Origin: Rhodospirillales bacterium
Lineage (GTDB): Bacteria; Pseudomonadota; Alphaproteobacteria; ATCC43930; CGMCC-115725
DNA length: 64,000 nucleotides
Direction of reading: 5' to 3'
NCBI GenBank assembly: GCA_027315365.1
Contig: DAHUYF010000153.1
Coordinates: 516 to 64,515 of the forward strand
This document shows, piece by piece, positions 19,242 to 27,153 of the stretch; position 1 is the first letter of the stretch; each line of letters starts with the position of its first letter. Under the pieces are notes generated by a model. It searched no databases and was not told the origin of the DNA. It saw only the letters and a list, made by a program, of their open reading frames with translations. The position numbers were made by a program, and so were the translations under genes.

Positions 19242-20004
19242 GGCCGGCCGCCCCTCCTGCGCCGGTGCCCATATAGGCCTCGCGCACCTCGGCATTGGCC
19301 GAGACCTCGGCGTAGCTGCCTTCCGCCAGCACATGCCCGCGGGTCAGCACCGTGATGGTGTGAGAGAGATCGGCGACGACCGACAGGTTGTGCTCGACCA
19401 TCAGCACGGTGCGGCTCTTGGCGACGTCGCGGATCAGCGCGGCGATGCGGGCGATGTCCTCATGGCCGAGCCCGGCCATCGGCTCGTCGAGCAGCAGCAT
19501 CTCCGGATCGAGCGCGAGGGTGGTGGCGATCTCGAGCGCCCGCTTCCTGCCATAGGGCAGTTCGGCCGCGGTGGAGAGCGTGTCGGCGGCAAGGCCGACC
19601 GCGGCGATGAGCGCGTCGGCGCGCGGATTGAGCCGCTCCAGGCTGCGCTCCGAGCGCCAGAACTGGAAGGACGTCCCCAGCGGGCGCTGCAGCGCCAGGC
19701 GCACGTTCTCGCGCACGCTGAGATGCGGGAAGACCGCCGAGATCTGGAACGAGCGCACCATGCCGAGCCGCGCCACATCGGCGGGGCGCAGCGCGGTGAT
19801 GTCGCGGCCGTTATACGCGATGCGGCCCGCAGTGGGCGCCAGGAATTTGGTGAGCAGGTTGAAGACGGTGGTCTTGCCGGCACCGTTGGGGCCGATCAGC
19901 GCATGGATGGAGCCGCGCCGGACCCGAAGATCGACGCCTCTCACCGCCGTAAAACCGGCAAACTCCTTGGTGAGACCTTCGGTCTCCAGGATATAGTCGC
20001 CCAA
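19234..20004 (-). CDS. ABC transporter ATP-binding protein (LivG type)
   Basis: Walker A GPNGAGKTT, LPYGRKRALEIA, Walker B LLLLDEP. Apparent TTG start. Confidence 0.9.
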   Translation of the reverse strand: MGDYILETEGLTKEFAGFTAVRGVDLRVRRGSIHALIGPNGAGKTTVFNLLTKFLAPTAGRIAYNGRDITALRPADVARLGMVRSFQISAVFPHLSVRENVRLALQRPLGTSFQFWRSERSLERLNPRADALIAAVGLAADTLSTAAELPYGRKRALEIATTLALDPEMLLLDEPMAGLGHEDIARIAALIRDVAKSRTVLMVEHNLSVVADLSHTITVLTRGHVLAEGSYAEVSANAEVREAYMGTGAGGAAGHA

Positions 20005-20178
20005 CCTCGGCCCCCGGCGAGAGCAGGTGCTTGGCCTGCCCTCTTCGCTGTTGCGCGCAAGCTAGCCCTTCGCCCGGACCGGCACAAGTCCGCGACGCTG
20101 TCCGGAATCCGGCAAAATTCCGCCCCGCTCCCCTTTGCCGCCGCGCCTCTATAGACTGGGGGCAAGGGAGACCGGACG

Positions 20179-20577
20179 ATGAGCGACGTCATGACCGCGG
20201 TGCTGCGCGAACTGCGCTTCGACGAGCATGGGCTCGTCGCGGTGGTGGCACAGCAGCACGACACCGGCGAGGTGCTGATGCTCGCCTGGATGAACCGCCG
20301 GGCGATCGAGGAGACGCTGCGCAGCGGCAGCGTCCACTATTGGTCGCGCTCGCGCGCCACGCTGTGGCGCAAAGGCGAAAGCTCGGGCCAGACGCAACGG
20401 CTGGTGGAGATGCGTGTCGATTGCGACGGCGACGCGCTGCTGCTGCTGGTCGACCAGCATGGCGTCGCCTGCCATACCGGCCGGCGCAGCTGCTTCTTCC
20501 GCGCCGTGCGCGACGGCGCGCTGGTCGAGATCGCCGCGCCGGTGGTGACGCCGGGCGAGCTTTACGGGAAAGATTGA
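20179..20577 (+). CDS. hisI: Phosphoribosyl-AMP cyclohydrolase
   Basis: 132 aa with HisI motifs (LMLAWMN..A...T......YWSRSR..LW.KGE.SG..Q.......DCD.D.LL..V...G.ACHTG..SCF). Confidence 0.9.
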   Translation: MSDVMTAVLRELRFDEHGLVAVVAQQHDTGEVLMLAWMNRRAIEETLRSGSVHYWSRSRATLWRKGESSGQTQRLVEMRVDCDGDALLLLVDQHGVACHTGRRSCFFRAVRDGALVEIAAPVVTPGELYGKD

Positions 20578-20580
20578 GCG

Positions 20581-22053
20581 ATGCGCCTGGTCATCGCGAT
20601 GATGAAGCACGAGACCAACACCTTCTCGCCGGTCAGGACGGACTGGCAGCGCTTCCTCGACTGGGGCGCCTATGTCGGGCCCGAGGTGCAGCGCGCCTAT
20701 CAGGGCACGGCAATGCCGATCGGCGCCTATCTGCGGCTGGCACGCGAGATCGGCGCCGAGGTAGTGACGCCGGTCGCCGCCGAGGCGATGCCGAGCGGCA
20801 CGGTGGCGGGCGAGGCTTACGCGCTGATGAGCGACGCGATCGTCGCCGCGGTCCGGCAGGGCTGCGATGCCGCGCTGCTCGACCTGCACGGCGCCATGGT
20901 GGCGGAGACGACGCCGGACGGCGAAGGCAGTCTGCTGGAGCGCATTCGCGCGGTGGCGCCCGAGCTGCCGATCGCCGTCACCTGCGACCTGCACGCCAAT
21001 CTGACCGACCGCATGGCGCAGAATTGCACGGCGCTGATCGGCTACAAGACCTATCCGCATGTCGACATGCACGAGGTCGGCGATCAGGTCGGGCGCATCC
21101 TGCTGCGGGCGATCAAGGGCGAGATCAGGCCGGTGATGGGCTGGGCCCGCCGGCCGCTTCTGGCGCAGACGCTGCGCATGGGCACCGATGACGAGCCGAT
21201 GCGCGGGCTGATCGCCGAGGCGCGCGCCGAAGAGCGGCGCGGACTGCTCGCCGCCACCGTGTTCGGCGGCTTTCCGCTGGCCGACATGGCGGATGCCGGC
21301 ATGTCGGCGATCTGCATCGCCGACGGCGACCCGGATGCGGCCCAGGCGGCGGCGGAACGGCTGATGGCGGCGGCGTGGGAGCGGCGCGAAGACTTCCTCT
21401 ACCACCCGGAGGCGCTGGACGAGGCGGTGGCACGCGCCAAGGCGATGACCGAGGGTCCGGTGCTGCTGCTCGACCATGCCGACAATGTCGGATCCGGCGG
21501 CACCCAGGACGTCATGACGGTGCTGCGCGAAGTCCTCCGCCAGGGCCTCGAGGATGTGGCGGTGGCGGCGGTGTGGGATCCGGCGGCGGTGCGCCAGATG
21601 GCAGCCGCCGGGGTCGGCACCAGCGTGACGCTGCGGCTCGGCGGCAAGACCGACATGCCCTCGATCGGCCTGGCCGGCGAGCCGCTGACCCTCACCGGCC
21701 GGGTGCGCACGCTCTCCGACGGCGAATGGATCGTGCGCGGGCCGATGTACACCGGCGTCAAGGTCAGCATGGGGCCGACCGCGGTGCTCGATACCGGCGC
21801 ACTGCAGATCGTCATCGTCTCGCGCCATCACGAGCCCTGGGACCAGGGCGTCTTCACCTCGGTCGGCATCGACCCCAGGACCAAGCGCTACCTGCTGCTG
21901 AAATCCCGCATCCACTACCGCGCCGGCTTCGGCGCGCTGGCGCGCGCCACGATTACCTGCGACGGCGAGGGCGTCACGACCTCGGATAACCGCCGGCTGC
22001 GCTTCGAGCGGCTGCACCGGCCGATCTTCCCGCTCGACCGGCTGAACGCGTAG
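20581..22053 (+). CDS. M81-family metallopeptidase (MlrC-like)
   Basis: 490 aa. The N-terminus MRLVIAMMKHETNTFSP and the overall sequence match my memory of MlrC-domain proteins. Confidence 0.8.
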   Translation: MRLVIAMMKHETNTFSPVRTDWQRFLDWGAYVGPEVQRAYQGTAMPIGAYLRLAREIGAEVVTPVAAEAMPSGTVAGEAYALMSDAIVAAVRQGCDAALLDLHGAMVAETTPDGEGSLLERIRAVAPELPIAVTCDLHANLTDRMAQNCTALIGYKTYPHVDMHEVGDQVGRILLRAIKGEIRPVMGWARRPLLAQTLRMGTDDEPMRGLIAEARAEERRGLLAATVFGGFPLADMADAGMSAICIADGDPDAAQAAAERLMAAAWERREDFLYHPEALDEAVARAKAMTEGPVLLLDHADNVGSGGTQDVMTVLREVLRQGLEDVAVAAVWDPAAVRQMAAAGVGTSVTLRLGGKTDMPSIGLAGEPLTLTGRVRTLSDGEWIVRGPMYTGVKVSMGPTAVLDTGALQIVIVSRHHEPWDQGVFTSVGIDPRTKRYLLLKSRIHYRAGFGALARATITCDGEGVTTSDNRRLRFERLHRPIFPLDRLNA

Positions 22054-22055
22054 CG

Positions 22056-22133
22056 CAACGCGAAGCGTTGTCGCTGGCGGGCGTCAGCGGTTGCTCTTGC
22101 AACCGCCAGGCAAACTCCCTGCGGGAGTTTGCC
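22056..22133. terminator. Three tandem hairpins in a convergent gap (bidirectional terminator region)
   Basis: CAACGC-gaa-GCGTTG (22056-22070). GCGGTTGC-tctt-GCAACCGC (22087-22106, perfect 8 bp). GGCAAACTCCC-tgc-GGGAGTTTGCC (22109-22133, perfect 11 bp, touching the stop of the minus-strand gene). Confidence 0.55.
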
Positions 22134-22609
22134 TATGGACAAGAGAGCGTCTTCTTCACCGCCGCCAGCGTGTCGGGATCGAAGGCCTTGCCGGCACAGC
22201 TGCCGTTGTAATCGGCAACCGCGCGGTTGTAGCGCTGCACCGCATCGGCATAGCTCTTGGTGGCGGTGCCGGCCAAGACGTCGGCGGCCGCATCGCGGCG
22301 CTCGAGCAGGCGCTTGAAGGCGTCGACATCGGCAGGATTGTTGACATTGACCTGCGGCCGGCCGCTCTGGACCGCCTTGTCGAGCGCCTCGAAGGACTGG
22401 CGCTGCGACTCGTAGGCGCGGCTCTGCGTTTGCACCTCTTGATTGAGAGATGCCACCGATTGCTCCTTGCACAGGCAGGCGTGAATCTCGTCCGGCGCGC
22501 GCACCACCTGCGCCTCGGCCGCCCCGGCGGCAAGCATCAGCGCCAGCATCGCGGCAAGCCTCACTCGCCATCCCCCCGTTCCCATGCCGCCCTCCGCTTG
22601 TTTGGCCAT
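22133..22609 (-). CDS. Secreted hypothetical protein with two Cys pairs
   Basis: Signal peptide (RVRLAAMLALMLAAGAAEA). Mature part has C-x-C near the N-terminus and C...C near the C-terminus. No family recognised. Alternative start at 22585. Confidence 0.6.
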   Translation of the reverse strand: MAKQAEGGMGTGGWRVRLAAMLALMLAAGAAEAQVVRAPDEIHACLCKEQSVASLNQEVQTQSRAYESQRQSFEALDKAVQSGRPQVNVNNPADVDAFKRLLERRDAAADVLAGTATKSYADAVQRYNRAVADYNGSCAGKAFDPDTLAAVKKTLSCP

Positions 22610-22742
22610 GCACCCCTCCGCCGTGCGGCCATCACGCGCCGCCCGATCGTTTCGGCTTCAACACAGTCTAGCGGATCGCCCGGCGGTCTGGAACTGCCGA
22701 TAATTGTTGCAATAATAGCCGTGACAGACAGAATGTCCCCCG

Positions 22743-22767
22743 GGAATTGGCGGTTGAACAGCGCGTT
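22743..22767 (+). promoter_or_regulatory. Near-consensus EcfG-type promoter (GGAAT-N16-CGTT)
   Basis: GGAAT 22743-22747 and CGTT 22764-22767, 76 nt upstream of the OmpA-lipoprotein ATG. One mismatch in the -35 element. Confidence 0.3.
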
Positions 22768-22843
22768 TTCCCGGAGGGTGGCCAAGCGCGGCGACGGGGC
22801 GGTGCCCCGCGAAGCCGTAGCCGATGCAGGGAAGGACGGGGCA

Positions 22844-23761
22844 ATGACCGATGTGAGACGCGCCATCGCGCGGCCGATGCTGTGGGGACTGGTCCTGATC
22901 CTCGCCGGCTGCTCGGACTGGACGTACGATCCGCCGATGCGCGGCAACGTTTTCCTGGCGCCCTACAATCTTGGGCAGCTGGGCGTGGCCGTGCCGACGA
23001 AGCCCACGACCTTCCCCCAGGCGCTGGCCTCCGACTACGACAGTTTCGCCAAGACGCTTGAGTATGACATCAAGGACTGGGCCGACGCCGATTATTTCGC
23101 CCGCAAGGGGTTGGCTGCGGCCAACGGCCAAGTCGTGCCGCCGGAACGCAACAGCAACTGGGCGATCCCGCTCGAAGTGCCCGAGAAATTCCGCACCCAG
23201 CTTGCCGAGGGCCGCGAGCGGCTGCTGAAGGCGCTCGACGCCGGCGGGCGTGACCGGCTGCCGCTCGTCGCCGCGCGCGCCCAGGTCAGCTACGATTGCT
23301 GGGTCGAACGCATGGAGGACGATTGGAGAAGCGCGGCCGACGGCCCCTGCCACAACCAGTTCCTGACGGTGCTGGCACAGCTCGAAGGCCATCTCCAGCC
23401 GGCGGCGCAGCCGGCGGTGGCGCCCGAACCGTCGCGCGAGTATCGCGTCTATTTCGAGTTCGACCGGGCCGGCCTGCTGCCGGAGGCGCAGCAGATCCTG
23501 CAAGGCGTGACGGCGCTCGCCAAGCAGGAGCCGGGCTTGCATGTGGTGCTGGTGGGCAAGGCCGACCGCACCGGCAGCGACAGCTACAACATGCGGCTCT
23601 CCAGGGAACGCGCCGACCGGGTGCGCGATGCGCTGGTGCAGATGGGCGTCGCGGCCAACCGCATCGAGACGCGCTGGGTCGGCGAGCGCGAACCGCCGGT
23701 GCCGACCCCGCCCGGCATGCGCGAGCCCAGGAACCGCGTCGTCGAGATCAACCTACAGTAG
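22844..23761 (+). CDS. OmpA-family lipoprotein (peptidoglycan-associated C-terminal domain)
   Basis: Lipobox LILAGC after MTDVRRAIARPMLWGLV. C-terminal OmpA-like domain (YRVYFEFDRAGL...GKADRTGSDSYNMRLSRERADRV...NRVVEI). The track ORF from 22091 is a run-on. Confidence 0.85.
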   Translation: MTDVRRAIARPMLWGLVLILAGCSDWTYDPPMRGNVFLAPYNLGQLGVAVPTKPTTFPQALASDYDSFAKTLEYDIKDWADADYFARKGLAAANGQVVPPERNSNWAIPLEVPEKFRTQLAEGRERLLKALDAGGRDRLPLVAARAQVSYDCWVERMEDDWRSAADGPCHNQFLTVLAQLEGHLQPAAQPAVAPEPSREYRVYFEFDRAGLLPEAQQILQGVTALAKQEPGLHVVLVGKADRTGSDSYNMRLSRERADRVRDALVQMGVAANRIETRWVGEREPPVPTPPGMREPRNRVVEINLQ

Positions 23762-23785
23762 GTCGACGGACCGGCGCGAAACGAA

Positions 23786-23813
23786 CGGCACCGCCGCCAG
23801 GCGGTGCCGCTTT
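23786..23813. terminator. Bidirectional rho-independent terminator hairpin
   Basis: CGGCACCGCC-gcca-GGCGGTGCCG, a perfect 10-bp stem (23786-23809). Followed by CUUUCG on the plus strand and preceded by the complement of UUCGUUUCG for the minus strand. Lies between the convergent ompA-like and DUF2336 genes. Confidence 0.65.
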
Positions 23814-23815
23814 CG

Positions 23816-25093
23816 TCAGCGGCCGGCGCCGAGGCCGAGAAAGAAGTCGAGCTGCCACTGCATGGCCTCGGCGCTGAGGGGGTAGCCGCCATCCTCGCGC
23901 GGCTTCAGCGCCGCGGCGGGCGCGATCTGGCCGAGCTGGAGCTGCAGCTTGTGCGCCGCGCGCATGCCGAGGCCGCTCTTCCAGGCAAGCGCGGTGACGC
24001 CCTTGGGGCTATGCGCGCCGAGCACGCGGTCGATCGCCTCGAGCGGCAACTCCGCCAGCACGGCAAGCGCGGCGCGGACGAAGGTACGGTCGTGTCCGAC
24101 GGCGCCGAGCACGGCCGCTTCGTCGAGCTTGCCCTGCTGCTTCAGCCGCCGCGCCCGCTCGAGTGCGGCGTCGCCGTCGGCCGGCGGCGGCTTGGCGGCG
24201 GCCGGCGGCTTCTCGGCCAGGCGACGCTTCACCACCGCCGACACCTCGCGCGCGGTGGCGGGATCGAGATCGCGCCGCTCGCTCAGCAGGCGCAACAGGT
24301 GGTCGGCGACGAAGCCGGCGAGCTTGCGCGCCACCGCGAGCGATAGCCGCGGCCGTTCCACCAGCGGCTTGTGCCAGGCGGTGACGCCGGGGGCGCGGTC
24401 GATCAGGCGATCGAGGGTCTCCTCGCGGATCTGGGCGCTGGGATTGGCGAGCAGCGCCGCGACGGCGTCGACATCGGGGCTGGCGCCGATGGCGTCGGCG
24501 ACCTGCGCCGCAACGCCCGGCCGCCGGGCGATGGCGGCCAGGGCGCCGGCGATCGGCGCCTCGGTGATGATGGCGAGCAGATCCTCGTCGCTGAGCAGCG
24601 GGGAGAATTCGAGCACCGGCCCGGCAACGACGATCTCGCAGTCGCGCGCCAGCAGGCGGATGATCTCCGGCGGCACGTCGGCCACGTCCTTGAGGGCCTC
24701 GGCGATCACCTGGCGCACCCGCGTCACCTGATCGCGCAGCAGGATATCGAGCACTTCGTAAGTCATCTTGCGCAGCCGCTCATGCGCCTCCTGCGACAGG
24801 CCGGGCACGAGCCGCGCGATCTTGGCGGCGAGATCGACGCGCACCGCCGGTTCGCGGTCGCGCGCCAGCAGCAGATCGGCCTGCACCGGCGTCGCCTCGT
24901 TTCCGGCGACCGCGGCGCGCACGCCGACGTCGATGTCCGCGGCGAGGTAATAGAGCACTTCCGGCCGCGCGCTGGTGCTCCGGGCGAGTTTGCGGCGGTC
25001 GGCGGATTTGGCGCTCTGCACCAGCTCCTTCTGCGTGTCGTAGTCGATCGCCTGGCCGGTCGACCGGAAGACGCGCTGCAGCAGCTCCCTCAT
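23816..25093 (-). CDS. DUF2336 domain-containing protein (HEAT/ARM-like alpha-solenoid)
   Basis: 425 aa, helical and Ala/Leu/Arg-rich, with repeated V-R-x-x-hA-x-N..P motifs. The family call is from memory of alphaproteobacterial DUF2336 proteins. ATG 25093 overlaps the stop of the cyclase gene (ATGA). Confidence 0.7.
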   Translation of the reverse strand: MRELLQRVFRSTGQAIDYDTQKELVQSAKSADRRKLARSTSARPEVLYYLAADIDVGVRAAVAGNEATPVQADLLLARDREPAVRVDLAAKIARLVPGLSQEAHERLRKMTYEVLDILLRDQVTRVRQVIAEALKDVADVPPEIIRLLARDCEIVVAGPVLEFSPLLSDEDLLAIITEAPIAGALAAIARRPGVAAQVADAIGASPDVDAVAALLANPSAQIREETLDRLIDRAPGVTAWHKPLVERPRLSLAVARKLAGFVADHLLRLLSERRDLDPATAREVSAVVKRRLAEKPPAAAKPPPADGDAALERARRLKQQGKLDEAAVLGAVGHDRTFVRAALAVLAELPLEAIDRVLGAHSPKGVTALAWKSGLGMRAAHKLQLQLGQIAPAAALKPREDGGYPLSAEAMQWQLDFFLGLGAGR

Positions 25094-26736
25094 GCCGGCA
25101 CCGTCCCCGCCGGCGGCGCCGCCGCGACGCCGCCCTTGCCCATCGTCTTGGCGCGGTACATCGCCGCATCGGCCCGCGCGACGAGCTGCTCCGGCGTTTC
25201 GCCGCTGCCGGGCTCCGCCACCGCCAGGCCGAGGGAGATCCCGAGCGGATGCTGCGCATCGCCCGAGAGCTCGCGCAGCGACGCCGCGGCCTGCAGCAGA
25301 GCCTCGGCGCGCTCGCCGCCGGCGCGCGCGCCCAGCCCGTCGATCCACAGCGCGAACTCGTCGCCGCCGCGCCGCGCCAGCAGGTCGCCGCCGCGCGTCT
25401 CGGCCTGCAGCAGGCGGCAGAGCGCCAGGATCGCCTCGTCGCCGGCGCGGTGGCCGCGACAGTCGTTGACGCGCTTGAAATTGTCCATGTCGATATAAAG
25501 CAGCACCGCCGCGCGGGCGTCGCGCTCCAGCCGGCGCAGCCGGCGCTCCAACTCGTCGAAGAAGGCGCGGCGGTTGAGCAGCCCGGTCAGGGGATCGGTG
25601 CGCGACAGCGACACCACATGCTCGTGCTGCGCCACCTGGGCGATGGCGACGCCGAGCTGGTCGGCGACATCGGCGAGCAGCGAGCGGTCGCTGCCGGGAA
25701 AGCCGCCATCCGCCTCGCGGCGCCACAGCAGGATCGCACCCTCCACCCGCTGGCGGTAGCGCGCGGCATGGCCGACGATCTCCCAGCCCCGCACCGCCAG
25801 CGACGCCTGGTCGGCGGCGGCGAGCGTGGCACGCGCGGCATCGAGCAGTGCCGTGCCGAGCGGCTCGCCCCAGCTCGCCGCCGGCGCCAGCGTCTCGCCG
25901 ATGCGGCGCAGGATGACGCCGCCCGCGGCGCCCAGCGCAAGGCCGGTGGCGCTGACCGCGGCGGCGAGCGCCGCCGCCGGCTCGATCTCGTCCCGGATGG
26001 CGCGGACGAGATGGGTGAAGAGACGATCGCGCAGGCGGGCGCGGGCGAGCGCGGCGTCGCGCTCCCGCTCGGCGGTGAGATCGCGGCCGATGCCGCGCGC
26101 GCCGCGCGTCCGGCCAGCGGCATCGCGCAGCGGCGCCGCGACGACGCCGAGCCGGGCGCTGCCGCCATCGGGGCGCCGGAACCAGAGCTCCGCCGACGCC
26201 ACCGGAAGGGCGGCGGCAAAGACGTTGTCCTCGCCCGGCTCGGTCAGGAATTCAGCGGCGGCACGGCCGAGCAGCGCCTCGGGCGCCCAGCCGAGCACGC
26301 CTTGCGGCGAGACGAAGGTGAAGCGGCCGGCCTCGTCGGTTTCCCAGGCAAAGTCGCTGGCGATCTCGACCAGATCCTTGTAGCGCTGCCGGCTTTCGAT
26401 CAGCGCCTCACGCAGGTTGCGTGCCAGTGGCGCGTCATGCAGCAGCGCCAGCACGCGCCTCTCCCCGGCCAGCGGCAGCAGCACCAACTCGGCGCCGGGC
26501 ATGGCGGGAATGGCCACCAGCCGCGCGCCAACGCCGTCCTGCGCCGTCTCGGCGAGCGCGGCCAGCGCCAGGCGCAGCTCGGGCGCGGCGGCAGCCAGCA
26601 GCGTGCCGCCCGCGGCATTGGCGGCCGCGAGTGCGCCGGCCGGCCCGATCAGCAGCGCCGGGCCGGGAAAGCCCGCCAGCGCCCCTGCCGCCAGCGCTAG
26701 GCCCGGCCGCGCGGTCTCGTCCTGATGCCCTGTCAT
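25090..26736 (-). CDS. PAS/GAF sensor diguanylate cyclase (GGDEF)
   Basis: C-terminal GGDEF domain (DPLTGLLNRRAF...YIDMDNFKRVND...RGGDLLARRGGDEF...AMYRAK). Active-site GGDEF with a canonical RxxD I-site five residues upstream. PAS-like segment (YKDLVEIASDFAWETDEAGRFTFVSP) and a GAF-like segment precede it. Confidence 0.9.
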   Translation of the reverse strand: MTGHQDETARPGLALAAGALAGFPGPALLIGPAGALAAANAAGGTLLAAAAPELRLALAALAETAQDGVGARLVAIPAMPGAELVLLPLAGERRVLALLHDAPLARNLREALIESRQRYKDLVEIASDFAWETDEAGRFTFVSPQGVLGWAPEALLGRAAAEFLTEPGEDNVFAAALPVASAELWFRRPDGGSARLGVVAAPLRDAAGRTRGARGIGRDLTAERERDAALARARLRDRLFTHLVRAIRDEIEPAAALAAAVSATGLALGAAGGVILRRIGETLAPAASWGEPLGTALLDAARATLAAADQASLAVRGWEIVGHAARYRQRVEGAILLWRREADGGFPGSDRSLLADVADQLGVAIAQVAQHEHVVSLSRTDPLTGLLNRRAFFDELERRLRRLERDARAAVLLYIDMDNFKRVNDCRGHRAGDEAILALCRLLQAETRGGDLLARRGGDEFALWIDGLGARAGGERAEALLQAAASLRELSGDAQHPLGISLGLAVAEPGSGETPEQLVARADAAMYRAKTMGKGGVAAAPPAGTVPA

Positions 26737-26753
26737 GGCCCTCCGGCCGAAGG

Positions 26754-26778
26754 GGAACCGATGAACCCGCGGGGCGTT
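26754..26778 (+). promoter_or_regulatory. EcfG-type general-stress promoter, exact GGAAC-N16-CGTT
   Basis: GGAAC 26754-26758, 16-nt spacer, CGTT 26775-26778, ending 48 nt before ATG 26827. Cross-checked against the translation of track ORF 26725..27054 (..EGEPMNPRGVN..). Confidence 0.6.
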
Positions 26779-26826
26779 AACCCGGCGGTTACGGTTGGCC
26801 GGATAAACATTAACAAAGAGGGGTTT

Positions 26827-27054
26827 ATGAAAAGCTTAAGCCTTTACGCCGCCGGGCCGCCACCGATCCGCACGATCGCCATCGACGGCAGGACCTTCGA
26901 GCTGACCGTCCGCGAGCAGGCGGCGGGCGATTGGCACTGGCTGATCACCGCGCCGGGGCAGATCGTGCTCTCCGGCGCCGCTCCGAGCGAGACGCAGGCG
27001 GTGGACTCCGCCTGCCGCACCGGCGAGGCGCTGGCGCGACTGGCCGCCGCCTGA
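26827..27054 (+). CDS. Small hypothetical protein (75 aa), weakly DUF1508/YegP-like
   Basis: AAGAGGGG Shine-Dalgarno before the ATG; high GC3. The segment FELTVREQAAGDWHWLITAPGQIVLSGAAPSETQAVDSACRTGEAL is reminiscent of a single YegP-type repeat (low confidence). Confidence 0.55.
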   Translation: MKSLSLYAAGPPPIRTIAIDGRTFELTVREQAAGDWHWLITAPGQIVLSGAAPSETQAVDSACRTGEALARLAAA

Positions 27055-27153
27055 AACCGCCCCCAAGGCGACCGAAGACGGACAACAGCGACTAAGAATG
27101 GACGGCAGGCAAGGGCCGCCGCGCGCTGCGCCGGCTGCCCTTCGCTCATGCGC

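Noticed and set aside
20149-22017. Other very long antisense ORFs from the track. They lie opposite the MlrC-like gene (this interval), CocE (36447-38018), DUF4910 (41330-42691), the IlvD/Edd dehydratase (48838-50472), Kef (50390-52459), D-aminoacylase (52780-54405) and the peptide SBP (60561-62340).
   Set aside because: The same reasoning applies as for ileS. All translate to Arg/Gly/Ala/His-rich sequences without recognisable domains, and each lies opposite a gene with clear family motifs. I treat them as GC-bias shadow ORFs.
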